Source of the DNA: an uncultured Desulfatitalea sp.
Lineage (GTDB): Bacteria > Desulfobacterota > Desulfobacteria > Desulfobacterales > Desulfosarcinaceae
Assembly (NCBI GenBank): GCA_963668675.2
Contig: CAXXMB010000001.1
Coordinates: 1,152,001 to 1,216,000 of the forward strand
Direction: 5' to 3'
DNA length: 64,000 nt
Shown: in pieces, positions 19,442 to 29,502 of the stretch
Layout: each line of letters begins with the position of its first letter
Numbering within the stretch: position 1 is the stretch's first letter
The notes under the pieces: model-generated
What the model was told of the DNA's origin: nothing
Database searches by the model: none
Seen by the model: only the letters and a program-made list of their open reading frames with translations
Program-made: the position numbers and the translations under genes

Positions 19442-20794
19442 ATGAGAAATGCCCGCCAAGTCGCTCTCGATATCCTCAGCCAGCTGCACCGGAAAGGCAA
19501 GACCATAGATCATTGGATAGAGCGGGCCGATCCGCAGATACGAAGGCTGCAACGGGCAGACCGAGCCTTTGCCCATGCCCTGGTTTACGGGACATTGCGC
19601 TGGCAAGGACGCCTCGATTTCATGATCAACCAACTGGCCCGCAACCCCTCCAAGATCGATCCCCTTGTTCGTGTCATTTTAAGAATGGCACTGTTTCAGA
19701 TGAACCACATGGAACGGGTTCCCCACTCGGCTGCAGTGCATACGGCTGTAGATTTGGCCAAACAAAACGGACACAAATGGGCTGCAGGCTTCGTCAACGG
19801 TGTGTTGCGTCGGGCGGCCGCTGCACCAGACGATATCGTTTGGCCTAGCTCGAGCCAGGGGATCGATCTGGCCTTGGCGATCGAGCACTCCTTTCCGGTC
19901 TGGCTGACGCGTCGCTGGATCGAGCGCTTTGGCTTGGACGGGGCGTGTCGCCTCTGTGAAGCGATCAATACGATTCCGTCGATCACCGTTCGCACCAATA
20001 CACTTAAAACGGACCGCGTCACTCTCATAAAAAAAATCGAAAAGGAAACCGGAGCGGCCCTGGAAACGCAATATACCCCCGAAGGGATCCAATTGGGATC
20101 CCTGGCCCGACCCATGACACAATGGGCAGCATACAGAGATGGCTGGTTTCAGGTACAAAACGAGGCGGCTCAGCTTGTATCCCACGTTGTCGCCCCAAAA
20201 CCGGGTGAGTCGGTGTGGGATGCCTGCGCCGGCCTGGGTACAAAGTCAGCCCACCTGGCCCAGATAATGGAGGACCAGGGGACGATTGTGGCAACCGACC
20301 TGCAACCATCTAAGCTGGAGCGATTGGCAAAGGAGATGGTTCGCCTCGGCATCACTTCCGTGACGCCACGCGCCATGGACCTGACCAATGCCCGGATCGA
20401 TGATAGGCTGACCCCTTTCGACAAAATCCTTGTGGACGCACCCTGTTCCGGACTCGGCGTATTACAAAAGAACCCGGACGGCAAGTGGCGCGTCACCGAG
20501 GATGAGATCTTCCGCGCGGCAGCCCGTCAGGCCGCCATTCTAAATCGTGTCGCTCTCCATCTGCGTGTCGGAGGTGCCCTGACCTATGCTGTCTGCAGTT
20601 TCGAACCCGAAGAGAACGAGGGCGTCGTAGAGGGATTTTTGCAAAAACATCCCGGATTTGCTATAGATATCCCTCAAATGGCTGCCACGTCCCAGGCAAA
20701 CCGGCTAATCACTTCGGAAGGGTTTCTGAGAACCTTTCCACACAACAACAGCATGGACGGCTTCTTTGCAGCTCGCTTCGTCAGGAAATCCTGA
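19442..20794 (+). CDS. rsmB: 16S rRNA m5C967 methyltransferase
   Basis: NusB-like N-terminus, ILVDAPCSGLG, YAVCS, DGFF. Confidence 0.95.
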   Translation: MRNARQVALDILSQLHRKGKTIDHWIERADPQIRRLQRADRAFAHALVYGTLRWQGRLDFMINQLARNPSKIDPLVRVILRMALFQMNHMERVPHSAAVHTAVDLAKQNGHKWAAGFVNGVLRRAAAAPDDIVWPSSSQGIDLALAIEHSFPVWLTRRWIERFGLDGACRLCEAINTIPSITVRTNTLKTDRVTLIKKIEKETGAALETQYTPEGIQLGSLARPMTQWAAYRDGWFQVQNEAAQLVSHVVAPKPGESVWDACAGLGTKSAHLAQIMEDQGTIVATDLQPSKLERLAKEMVRLGITSVTPRAMDLTNARIDDRLTPFDKILVDAPCSGLGVLQKNPDGKWRVTEDEIFRAAARQAAILNRVALHLRVGGALTYAVCSFEPEENEGVVEGFLQKHPGFAIDIPQMAATSQANRLITSEGFLRTFPHNNSMDGFFAARFVRKS

Positions 20795-20827
20795 CCAAAT
20801 AGGTGAAGAGCCGTGTTGGAGGACCGA

Positions 20828-20856
20828 TTGCATATCCTCCCGAAATAGCCTAAACC
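20828..20856 (+). promoter_or_regulatory. sigma70-like promoter upstream of gspF
   Basis: TTGCAT-N17-TAAACC. Confidence 0.4.
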
Positions 20857-20984
20857 CTTTATAGGTTGTCACCGGATGGGGTAACAGCACCGGCGACTGA
20901 ATCACCGATAGTGCCCTCTGGTTCTTGATAACATAGAAGGCTTGATCCACAATCGATCGGTCGATCTTAACGGGATAGTCACTT

Positions 20985-22220
20985 ATGCCAGTATACGATT
21001 ACACAGCCCTGGAAGGTAAAGGCAGAGGCAAAACCATTACCGGTATCATCGATGCCGACAGCGCTGCACTCGCTCGCCAGAAGATAAGAGCCGCGGGCAA
21101 CTTCCCGGTGGAACTTCGCGAGGTCAAAAATGGCGTGTCTGAGCGGACCGAACGGCAAAGAGGGACCCTGTCGAGCCTCTTCACCCGCATCCGCCCCGCT
21201 GAAGTCTCGATCATGACGAGGCAGCTCGCCACCCTCATCGGTGCCGGATTCCCACTGGTATCGGCCCTGGACTCTCTGATCGCACAGATCAACAGCCCCG
21301 CCTTCAAAAAGATTGTGGCCAGCCTGAAAGAGGATGTGGTGGAGGGCACCCCCTTTTCAAAAGCGCTGGGGAAATACCCCAATATCTTCTCATCGATATA
21401 TGTCAACATGGTCGATTCGGGGGAGTCGTCCGGCACCCTTGAAATCGTTTTGCAGCGTCTGGCCGACATCATGGAGAAGCAGGAGGCGTTGAAAAATAGA
21501 ATGGTCACAGCGATGATCTACCCTCTGCTCATCATGATGATCAGCGCCCTGATCGTCTCGTTCATGCTGATCTACGTCACCCCTAAAATCATGTCGATGT
21601 TCGAAAGCCTTAAACAGGAGCTGCCCCTGCCGACCCAGATTCTCGTCGGCACCAGTGACCTTTTTCAGGCGTACTGGTGGGCCCTGGTCCTGCTGATTAT
21701 CACCGCCCTGCTGGGACTGCGGGCCATGAGTAAAAATGAGAAGGGGCGTTTCTGGCTCGATACCCACATGCTCACCCTGCCGCTCTTCGGCTCACTGATT
21801 CGCAGAATGGCGGCCGCTCGTTTCGCACGCACCCTGGGATCCCTCCTGGAAAACGGTATCTCCATGCTGCCTGCATTGAGCATTGTGGAGAATGTCGTCG
21901 GCAACCTTCTCATCTCCCAGACGATTTCGGAGGCGTCCGAAGAGGTAGGGAAAGGGCAGGGGCTGGGCAAATCCCTTGATAAAAGCAAGGCTTTTCCGCC
22001 CATGGCGATCCAGATGATCCAGGTGGGAGAGCAGAGTGGCAACCTTGAGGAGATGCTCGACAAGGTCGCCGATGTCTTTGAGAAAGAGGTTGAAACTTCG
22101 GCCATGCGACTGACCGCCTTGGTGGAACCGGTGATGATCCTCGTGATGGCTTGCCTGGTCACCTTTATTGTACTGGCCATCTGCCTGCCCATATTTGAGA
22201 TGAACCAGATCATTCGTTAA
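20985..22220 (+). CDS. gspF: T2SS inner-membrane platform protein F
   Basis: MPVYDYTAL, TRQLATLI, GESSGTL, GEQSGNL, EP motif. Confidence 0.95.
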   Translation: MPVYDYTALEGKGRGKTITGIIDADSAALARQKIRAAGNFPVELREVKNGVSERTERQRGTLSSLFTRIRPAEVSIMTRQLATLIGAGFPLVSALDSLIAQINSPAFKKIVASLKEDVVEGTPFSKALGKYPNIFSSIYVNMVDSGESSGTLEIVLQRLADIMEKQEALKNRMVTAMIYPLLIMMISALIVSFMLIYVTPKIMSMFESLKQELPLPTQILVGTSDLFQAYWWALVLLIITALLGLRAMSKNEKGRFWLDTHMLTLPLFGSLIRRMAAARFARTLGSLLENGISMLPALSIVENVVGNLLISQTISEASEEVGKGQGLGKSLDKSKAFPPMAIQMIQVGEQSGNLEEMLDKVADVFEKEVETSAMRLTALVEPVMILVMACLVTFIVLAICLPIFEMNQIIR

Positions 22221-22271
22221 CAGCGACTGAAAAGATAGGAAACCATACCAAACGGAGGATTCAAAGGCACA

Positions 22272-22724
22272 ATGGAAATGATCTCATGTAAAAAGAACAA
22301 TCAGGGTTTTTCACTCATCGAGCTGATGGTGGTCATTCTCATCCTCGGTTTGCTGATCGGCATCGTAGGCCCTCGGTTGATTGGAAGAACGGACGACGCC
22401 AAGGTGAGCACTGCCAAGATCCAGATAGAGGGATTGATTTCGGCCCTCAAAATGTACAAGCTGGACAATGGTACCTATCCGAGCACCGAGCAGGGGTTGG
22501 AAGCCCTGGTGGCCATGCCCCAGACCGGAAACATTCCCAAAAAGTGGCGCAAAGGAGGCTACCTGGAAAAGGGAAAAGTTCCCAAGGATCCCTGGGATAA
22601 CGACTATGTCTACCTGTTTCCCGGTGCGCACGACGATTTTGACATCGTCTCATACGGTGCGGACGGCGTGGCCGGCGGAGAGGAGTATGACAAGGATATC
22701 ACCAGCTGGGCCATGGATGAATAA
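22272..22724 (+). CDS. gspG: T2SS major pseudopilin G
   Basis: G/FSLIELMVV, YKLDNGTYPSTEQGLEAL, DPW, SYGADG. Confidence 0.97.
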   Translation: MEMISCKKNNQGFSLIELMVVILILGLLIGIVGPRLIGRTDDAKVSTAKIQIEGLISALKMYKLDNGTYPSTEQGLEALVAMPQTGNIPKKWRKGGYLEKGKVPKDPWDNDYVYLFPGAHDDFDIVSYGADGVAGGEEYDKDITSWAMDE

Positions 22725-23310
22725 TCTCCCTGCCCTGCCGCGCCGCGTGCGGCGTACCTCTGGTGGGCTGCCCGCCCCTCTGAGGAGCAATTCGCAGCGC
22801 TCTTTTGCATTGTGCCGGTATCGGTCATGCGGATTCACACTGATCGAATTGATGGTGGTGATGCTTCTGATCACCATCGTTTTGTCTGTGGCCATTCCGC
22901 GGCTGGACAGCAGCATTGCGCAGGACCCCCGAAAACGCCTCACCCGTTGGATGGTCAATACGGCCAAAGCGCTACGCACGATGGCAGTCGAAAAGCGGCA
23001 GGTTCAGGCCTTGGTAATCGATTTGGATGAGCATCGCATGTGGACCATCGACGCTCAGATGGACGAGGAGGCAGTGGCCGCTGCGGCTGAAAAGGGGTTC
23101 GCCCTTCCAAATTCAATCGTATTGGCGGATGTGGAATTCCCCGATAAGGATAGGATCTCCTCCGGTACGGCTACCATCCGGTTCTATCCCAGTGGCTACG
23201 CGGATCAGGCCCTGGTGCATGTCGAATATGATCAAACGATTCGCTTTTCGTATAAATTCGAACCATTACTGCCAAAAATAAAGCGCCTGGAAGAGTGGGT
23301 AAGCTATTGA
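22717..23310 (+). CDS. gspH: T2SS minor pseudopilin H (start uncertain)
   Basis: G/FTLIELMVV cleavage motif, IRFYPSG; position after gspG. Confidence 0.8.
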   Translation: MNNLPALPRRVRRTSGGLPAPLRSNSQRSFALCRYRSCGFTLIELMVVMLLITIVLSVAIPRLDSSIAQDPRKRLTRWMVNTAKALRTMAVEKRQVQALVIDLDEHRMWTIDAQMDEEAVAAAAEKGFALPNSIVLADVEFPDKDRISSGTATIRFYPSGYADQALVHVEYDQTIRFSYKFEPLLPKIKRLEEWVSY

Positions 23311-23708
23311 ATTACCGAAAAGCAAAGGTTCCAACCCAAAAGGCGGGTTTCTCCTTGATCGAGGTGTTGGTGGCACTGGCGATACTCACCATCGCATTGA
23401 CCAGCGTCTACCGCCTTCAGAGTATCACCTTTGGCATGAGTGCCGATGCCCGTTTTTACAACCTGGCGCCCAAACTGGCCCAGGAGCGGCTGGCCGCTCT
23501 CGAAGGCGAAGGGTTGAAAAACGCATCCGACGCATCCGGTGATTTTGGCCAATCCTATCCGGGATATGGATGGACCGTTCGCATAGAGGAGGTCGAGTCC
23601 GATCTGCTCAAGAGTGAAAATCAACACTTCACACGCATCGATATCACCATCAAGCAGGACGATGAGCGCAGCTATGACCTCAGGACCTATCGATTTAATA
23701 CGCAGTAG
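23295..23708 (+). CDS. gspI: T2SS minor pseudopilin I
   Basis: G/FSLIEVLVALAI; short; gene order. Confidence 0.85.
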   Translation: MGKLLNYRKAKVPTQKAGFSLIEVLVALAILTIALTSVYRLQSITFGMSADARFYNLAPKLAQERLAALEGEGLKNASDASGDFGQSYPGYGWTVRIEEVESDLLKSENQHFTRIDITIKQDDERSYDLRTYRFNTQ

Positions 23709-24396
23709 CCGCCCACTTCCCAGCGATGGCAGGGGCTTTACACTTATAGAGATCCTGGTGGCGATGTTCATCCTGACCATTGTGATGGGGCTGGTGTTCG
23801 GCTCCTTCAACGGCGTTTTTTCCAATGCCGACCGCCTGAACGAGAGCGGTGATCTGTTTGAAATGGCCGACGCCGGCATGAACCGGATCATCTCGGACCT
23901 CTCTGCCCTCCATGTGATGAAAGAACCGCGCTACAAACCGCCGGATATGGACGACGACCCCGATATCTTTCGCGTCGTTGGCAGCAACGAGACCATGGGC
24001 GGCTACACCTTCGCCAAGCTTCGTTTTACCTCCCTGGCCCATCTGGCACCCGGCGTAGACGGCAACAGCGGGATCGCTGAGATCGTCTACTATGTGCAGC
24101 CCAGCGAATCGGACGGCTACCAACTCTTTCGGGCCGACAACAGCTACCCTTACCCTGAGTTCGAACCCAAAGCGAGCGATCCGGTCATGTGCGAACAACT
24201 GCTATCCTTCAAATTGACCTACTTTGATAAAGAGGGGCGTGAATTCGAGGAGTGGGACTCGGAAGACGACGACTATGAGTACAGCACACCCAGGTCCATT
24301 CGTATCGAACTGAAACTGGGCAGTGAAGAGAATGCATATGAATTCCAGACCGCCATTCAGCTCCCGGTCTTCAGATCCATCTCAACGGAGAGATAG
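23674..24396 (+). CDS. gspJ: T2SS minor pseudopilin J (start uncertain)
   Basis: G/FTLIEILVAM; gene order. Confidence 0.82.
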   Translation: MTSGPIDLIRSSRPLPSDGRGFTLIEILVAMFILTIVMGLVFGSFNGVFSNADRLNESGDLFEMADAGMNRIISDLSALHVMKEPRYKPPDMDDDPDIFRVVGSNETMGGYTFAKLRFTSLAHLAPGVDGNSGIAEIVYYVQPSESDGYQLFRADNSYPYPEFEPKASDPVMCEQLLSFKLTYFDKEGREFEEWDSEDDDYEYSTPRSIRIELKLGSEENAYEFQTAIQLPVFRSISTER

Positions 24397-24399
24397 GTT

Positions 24400-25494
24400 G
24401 TGAACCATCGTCTTGCCCTGAATAACCGTAGCGGCATGGCCGTCATCCTGGCCTTGACCACCATTTTGCTCGTGGTAACGGCAGCGCTGGAACTTCACAT
24501 GAATGCGCGCGACAACATGCTTCAATCAGCCGTGAAGAGAGATCGCATCACCTTGATGCAGATGGCGGCGTCGGGCATACACCTGGCCATGGCGGTATTG
24601 ATCAAAGATCGCATGGAGACCGAAAGCGATTCATTGCAAGAGGATTGGGCTGACGAGGAGACCATCGCCGGCCTGCTCGAAGAGATGCCTTTCGAGCAGG
24701 GAAAACTGGAGGTGAAAATCCTTGACGAAATGGGTAAAATCCAAATCAACGCCCTGGTCCAGTTTCCGGAAGGAATGCAGTTCAATGCCGCTCAGCGCGC
24801 CTTGTGGGAGCGCTTTGCCATCGGCCTGCTCACGGTGCTTGAGGGGACTGAGGGGGCCGAAGAGGCCGAAGAGACCGACCCGTTAACCATTATCAACTCG
24901 ATGAAAGATTGGCTCGACTCCGGTGACGATGACGCCACCACCGGCATCAGCGGTGCGGAATCGGACTACTACGAGAGCCTCGATCCACCCTACGCGTGCA
25001 AAAATGGCCCATTCGACCACTTGTCGGAAGTAGGCATGGTCAAAGGTGTCACCCCGTTTCTCTTTTCCGGTGTCGGCGGCAGCGAGGGGCTCGAGCAGTA
25101 TATCAGCGTATATGGTGCAGAAAAGTCGGGTGACGATAAGTTCACCTTTCCAGGAAAAATAAACATCAACACGGCCGACCTGCCGGTACTATCGGCCCTG
25201 CTGCCCATAGAGAGTGCGGAGTTCGCACCTCTGCTGATCGAATACAGGGAGGCAACCAGCGGATCCCTCTATGTCAACGACCTGACCCGCCCTGATTGGT
25301 ACCGCAGTGTGCCGGGCCTCTCCGACACAACGATAGAATCGGAACTGATCTCCGTCACCTCAAATATTTTCCGCATTGTCGCCACCGCCACCATCGACCA
25401 ATTGCAGGTGACATCCACTGCCGTGATCGAACGGACCAAGCCGTCCGAAACAGAGCCATGGCAATGTAAGGTCTTGAATTGGAAGACTGAATAG
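24400..25494 (+). CDS. gspK: T2SS minor pseudopilin K
   Basis: G/MAVIL lacking E5, DEMGKIQIN, DWLD, GAESDYY, KININTA. Confidence 0.92.
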   Translation: MNHRLALNNRSGMAVILALTTILLVVTAALELHMNARDNMLQSAVKRDRITLMQMAASGIHLAMAVLIKDRMETESDSLQEDWADEETIAGLLEEMPFEQGKLEVKILDEMGKIQINALVQFPEGMQFNAAQRALWERFAIGLLTVLEGTEGAEEAEETDPLTIINSMKDWLDSGDDDATTGISGAESDYYESLDPPYACKNGPFDHLSEVGMVKGVTPFLFSGVGGSEGLEQYISVYGAEKSGDDKFTFPGKININTADLPVLSALLPIESAEFAPLLIEYREATSGSLYVNDLTRPDWYRSVPGLSDTTIESELISVTSNIFRIVATATIDQLQVTSTAVIERTKPSETEPWQCKVLNWKTE

Positions 25495-25640
25495 CTTATA
25501 ACTACCCATGATGCATGGATTTTGGAACGACTGTTCACAGCGAAACAGTGAACCGGTTAATCACGCAATCCTGACGAAACGGATCTGAAGCAAAGTTGCC
25601 ACATGGTGCCGCCAGACAAAGCAGGAATTGAAGAAGAGGC

Positions 25641-27086
25641 ATGAGCCGTAACATTCTCGCCATTGACATCCGTCACCACTCGATCGCAGCGGTGCTTTTA
25701 AGCACAGGTCTTAAAAGCACCTCGATCGTTGCTGGTTATGAAGTGGCCATCCCCGATGGCGAAGCGGGTCAAAACCCGCTTGAATCGGCCCTGGCACAAC
25801 TTGCGGAAAAGGTACCTGCCGAACGTGGCGATATCGTGGTCGGTCTGCCAGCGGACCAGACGATCTATCGCCCCCTTATCGTCCCCTTTAAAGAAGATAA
25901 GAAGATCCGACAAATTTTGCCTTTTGAACTGGAACCCAACCTGCCGATTGATGTAGACCGGCTGATTATCGATTACATCCACAGCGATGCCTCGTCGGAG
26001 GGTGAGCTGATGACCGCTTCCGTCGACGGTCAGCACATCGAAGATCTCATGGAGACGCTCGACACCGTGGGGCTGCCCCCCCAATTGATCCTGCCTGGGG
26101 ATTTTCCGTTGGCGTCGGCACTGATCACCTACGATGAGCAGTTGCCATCTCAGGCCATGCTTCTCTCAATTGGGTCCCGCTACGCCACTCTGACACTTTT
26201 CGATTCAGGGAAAATCGCCCTGCTCAGATCGATGACGGCGGATACCGCCACCGACCAGGGGATGGAAACCCTGGCCCTGAAGATCCGGCAGACCCTTATC
26301 GCTCATGCCGAAATCTCTCCCCAGGGATTTACCCCCGGGGCCCTGTACATCAGCGGGCCGGCCTGCAACGACGACGGTGTGGTCCAACGACTCGAAACAG
26401 CGCTTGAGATAAAACCCGAAGTCGTCGATTTACGCAAAATAGTGCCATCCCTCAATGCCGGCGAAACGCTCGACACTTTGGGTCCAACTAATTTTAATGA
26501 AGCCATAGCCCTGGCCATCGTGGAATCGGATCACCTGCCCTGCCCCCGCTTTCACAGCACCGGATCGACCCTGCGCAATTACTGGAACGCCTACCGCCAG
26601 CATATCCGGGTTCCGGCCATATTGCTCATAATCGTGCTGCTCTTAGGTTTTGGCGGCGTCCTGTTTGAAAGCCACCTGTTGCAGAACCGGGTAGACGATC
26701 TCGATCGCCAGATGGAGGCGATCTTCAAGGCGACCTTTCCACAGGCACGGCGGGTCGGGGACGCCGGAGATCAGATGAAGAGTGAACTCAAGAAGGTGCG
26801 CACCGGAAACATCGATACCGGAGATAACGTTCCCAAAGCACGCACCATCGATGTTCTCATGCAGATCAGCCGTGCAATTCCCAAGGAGGTCGAGGTGTTG
26901 TTTACCCGCCTGGTTTTGAGCAGCGACGTGCTCACCCTTTCCGGCGAGACGGCGGCCTTCAATGTAGTGGACGACATCAAAAGCAGGCTGGAGAAAACCG
27001 AACTGTTTCAAACAGTGACCATTGCCTCGGCCAACATGGAGAAATCGGGCAAAAAGGTCCGCTTTAAGTTGAAGTTGACCCTATGA
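25641..27086 (+). CDS. gspL: T2SS protein L (PilM/PilN-like)
   Basis: Actin-like cytoplasmic domain (ILPFELE), single TM, periplasmic C-domain. Confidence 0.85.
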   Translation: MSRNILAIDIRHHSIAAVLLSTGLKSTSIVAGYEVAIPDGEAGQNPLESALAQLAEKVPAERGDIVVGLPADQTIYRPLIVPFKEDKKIRQILPFELEPNLPIDVDRLIIDYIHSDASSEGELMTASVDGQHIEDLMETLDTVGLPPQLILPGDFPLASALITYDEQLPSQAMLLSIGSRYATLTLFDSGKIALLRSMTADTATDQGMETLALKIRQTLIAHAEISPQGFTPGALYISGPACNDDGVVQRLETALEIKPEVVDLRKIVPSLNAGETLDTLGPTNFNEAIALAIVESDHLPCPRFHSTGSTLRNYWNAYRQHIRVPAILLIIVLLLGFGGVLFESHLLQNRVDDLDRQMEAIFKATFPQARRVGDAGDQMKSELKKVRTGNIDTGDNVPKARTIDVLMQISRAIPKEVEVLFTRLVLSSDVLTLSGETAAFNVVDDIKSRLEKTELFQTVTIASANMEKSGKKVRFKLKLTL

Positions 27087-27661
27087 ACACCTCTTCAATT
27101 CAATCGGCAATCGCCTCGATCCGTTCCTTCTCGCTGCCGTTCAATCTGCAGCGCAGGGATAAGATCGCCCTCTATGTAGGCGCCGGAGTTCTGGGGCTTT
27201 TCATCATACTTCAACTGATTATCTTCCCCATTTTGGATCGGGGTGAGCGGCTGCGCCACCAAATTGACGGAAAGCAGAAGATGCTACAGGAGATGAAGCT
27301 GATGCAGTCCGAGTATCGATCTCTGACCATCAACTCCAACAACAATGAAGCCCAACTCAAAAGGCGTGCCAAGGGATTTCGCCTCTTCTCGTTTTTGGAC
27401 GGTTTGGCCGGTGAGGGCAACATCAAGCCGAATATCATCTACATGAAGCCGTCAACCTCGAATCTGAAAAACAGCCCTTACGATCTCTCGACAGTGGAGA
27501 TGAAGATAAATGGGCTTACAATGGAGCAGTTGCTCAAGTTTTTGCACGGTGTGGAAAATTCTCCAAACATGGTCTGGATCAAACGAATCTCCCTCTCCAG
27601 GGGTGAAAAAGAGGCGGATCTGCTCAATGCCATCTTACAAGTGGAAACATATCAGCTCTAA
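27083..27661 (+). CDS. gspM: T2SS protein M
   Basis: N-terminal TM after RDK, coiled coil, ferredoxin-like C-domain; gene order. Confidence 0.82.
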   Translation: MNTSSIQSAIASIRSFSLPFNLQRRDKIALYVGAGVLGLFIILQLIIFPILDRGERLRHQIDGKQKMLQEMKLMQSEYRSLTINSNNNEAQLKRRAKGFRLFSFLDGLAGEGNIKPNIIYMKPSTSNLKNSPYDLSTVEMKINGLTMEQLLKFLHGVENSPNMVWIKRISLSRGEKEADLLNAILQVETYQL

Positions 27662-27664
27662 ACA

Positions 27665-28534
27665 ATGAAAACGTCGAAAAAAATAGTTCTTTACACTCTC
27701 TACACACTGGCCGCGTTGTTCTTTTTCCTCTATCTGCGCTTTCCGACACAGATGGTGGGCGATCTGGTCGTGGCAGAGGCCGAGAAGGCGAAACCCGAAT
27801 TGCAGATCAGCACTGCGGGGGCCCATCCGGTATTTCCACCGGGATTGAAACTTGAGCCCTTCGCATTGGCCTATAGCGATGTCCCTATTATTCGCATGAC
27901 GCATCTGAAAGTGCTGCCGGGCCTGATCTCCATGTTCCGGCAAAACAAAGAGATGGATTTCAGTGGCCCGGTAGGTTCGGGATCGCTAAAGGGCCATGCG
28001 CAGATCGCACTGGACGAGCGCCGACCCAAAATCAATGTGGTCATGAATCTGGCCCGTGTGCCGATCGAAACGCTGGAAATACTCGATCTCTGGCCCGATT
28101 ATAAATTGGCCGGTGAAATGAACACCCATATCATCTTCGATAGCCGCAAAGGTGCCGGTGGGACGACCAGCGTCAATGCCGATATCACCCCGGCCAAGAT
28201 TGTTTTAAATGAGCCGCTGATGGGCATCGAACAGATGGAGTTTACCCAGATCGTTGCCGAGATGACAGTGACACCGCGCATGCTTCAAATATCGCGCTGC
28301 GAGGCATTCGGCAACCAGATAGAGGGAAAAATAACGGGTTCTATCATCTTCAGACACCCTTTGCAAAACAGCCGGATCACCTTGTCGTGCACGTTGAAAC
28401 CGCAGCCGGCGTTTGCCGCCGAACATAAAAACGACATGCTCGGTGGCCTGCTCGGTTCGGAATCCGCCCAGAAAAGGGGCGTCGTCTTTCGGATCAGTGG
28501 AACATTAGGAAATCCCAGCTATGTGGTACGATAA
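27665..28534 (+). CDS. gspN: T2SS protein N (deltaproteobacterial type)
   Basis: N-terminal TM ending YLRFP, beta-rich body, ISGTLGNP end; gene order. Confidence 0.78.
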   Translation: MKTSKKIVLYTLYTLAALFFFLYLRFPTQMVGDLVVAEAEKAKPELQISTAGAHPVFPPGLKLEPFALAYSDVPIIRMTHLKVLPGLISMFRQNKEMDFSGPVGSGSLKGHAQIALDERRPKINVVMNLARVPIETLEILDLWPDYKLAGEMNTHIIFDSRKGAGGTTSVNADITPAKIVLNEPLMGIEQMEFTQIVAEMTVTPRMLQISRCEAFGNQIEGKITGSIIFRHPLQNSRITLSCTLKPQPAFAAEHKNDMLGGLLGSESAQKRGVVFRISGTLGNPSYVVR

Positions 28535-29402
28535 CCTCATATCCACCCATCGGTTGACCGCCTTGGCGAATCTGGTTCTGCTCACGCTCGCCGCCTACTT
28601 TGCTGTCGGTCTTTTTTATCAGATCGCGGGCGCTCAGTTGAATCCGCCCGCATCCTTTGAGCAGGCCAAGGTTGTTGCCGAGAGCCAAGTCCCGTTAAAG
28701 GACAGACCGTTTGCCTACTATCAGCCGGTCATGAGCCGCGATCTGTTCAAAACGCTCAAAACAGCAGTTGCCAAACCTGACACCAAATCGGTGGATCTCG
28801 AAGCGCTGGAGCAGACCCAACTCAAGCTGAAACTGTGGGGTACCGTCTCTGGTGATGCCCAAAACGCCTATGCGGTTATCGAAGATCTTCAGAAAAAAGA
28901 ACAGAACCTCTACCGCGTTGGTGACAGCATACAGGATGCTACAGTAAAAGTGATCCTGCGGGAAAAGGTGGTTCTGGCTGTGGCAGGCAAGGACGAAGTG
29001 CTCGCTATGGAGGAGATCACCCAGGGCAGTTCGTCGTCGCCAAGGGCGATAGCGTCATCCCGGGGGCCGCGGCCCTTCCCGAGTCGCGCAACCCGGGAGC
29101 AGAAAATCTCCATTCGGCGAAGCATGATTGACGAATCCCTGAAGGACGTGAACAAATTGATGACTGAAATCGCCATCCGCCCGCACGAGGACGGATTGTC
29201 CCTCAGCAACATCAAACCCAATTCAGTATTCAGGCGCATGGGGCTGCGCAACGGCGATGTCTTGGTCGGCATCAATGGCCAAGAGATTCGGTCGGTTGAA
29301 GACGCAATGCGCCTCTATGAGGGTCTCAGGAGTGCCTCGGACCTGCAGGTGCAACTCAAACGACGCGGACGCGATCGCTCGATAAGCTATAATATTCGAT
29401 AA
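28521..29402 (+). CDS. gspC: T2SS protein C with PDZ domain
   Basis: TM, HR domain (LKLWGTV...AVI...YRVGD), PDZ (GLRNGDVLVGING). Confidence 0.9.
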   Translation: MWYDNLISTHRLTALANLVLLTLAAYFAVGLFYQIAGAQLNPPASFEQAKVVAESQVPLKDRPFAYYQPVMSRDLFKTLKTAVAKPDTKSVDLEALEQTQLKLKLWGTVSGDAQNAYAVIEDLQKKEQNLYRVGDSIQDATVKVILREKVVLAVAGKDEVLAMEEITQGSSSSPRAIASSRGPRPFPSRATREQKISIRRSMIDESLKDVNKLMTEIAIRPHEDGLSLSNIKPNSVFRRMGLRNGDVLVGINGQEIRSVEDAMRLYEGLRSASDLQVQLKRRGRDRSISYNIR

Positions 29403-29419
29403 TTATTATCAATTTTTTA

Positions 29420-29448
29420 TTGACGCACCGGGGAATTGATTTTAAACT
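29420..29448 (+). promoter_or_regulatory. Internal sigma70-like promoter upstream of gspD
   Basis: TTGACG-N17-TAAACT with AT-rich upstream tract. Confidence 0.5.
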
Positions 29449-29502
29449 GAGCACCAAAATCCACGCAGCATCAGGCGTGGCAACGGATTGAAACGAACTG
29501 TT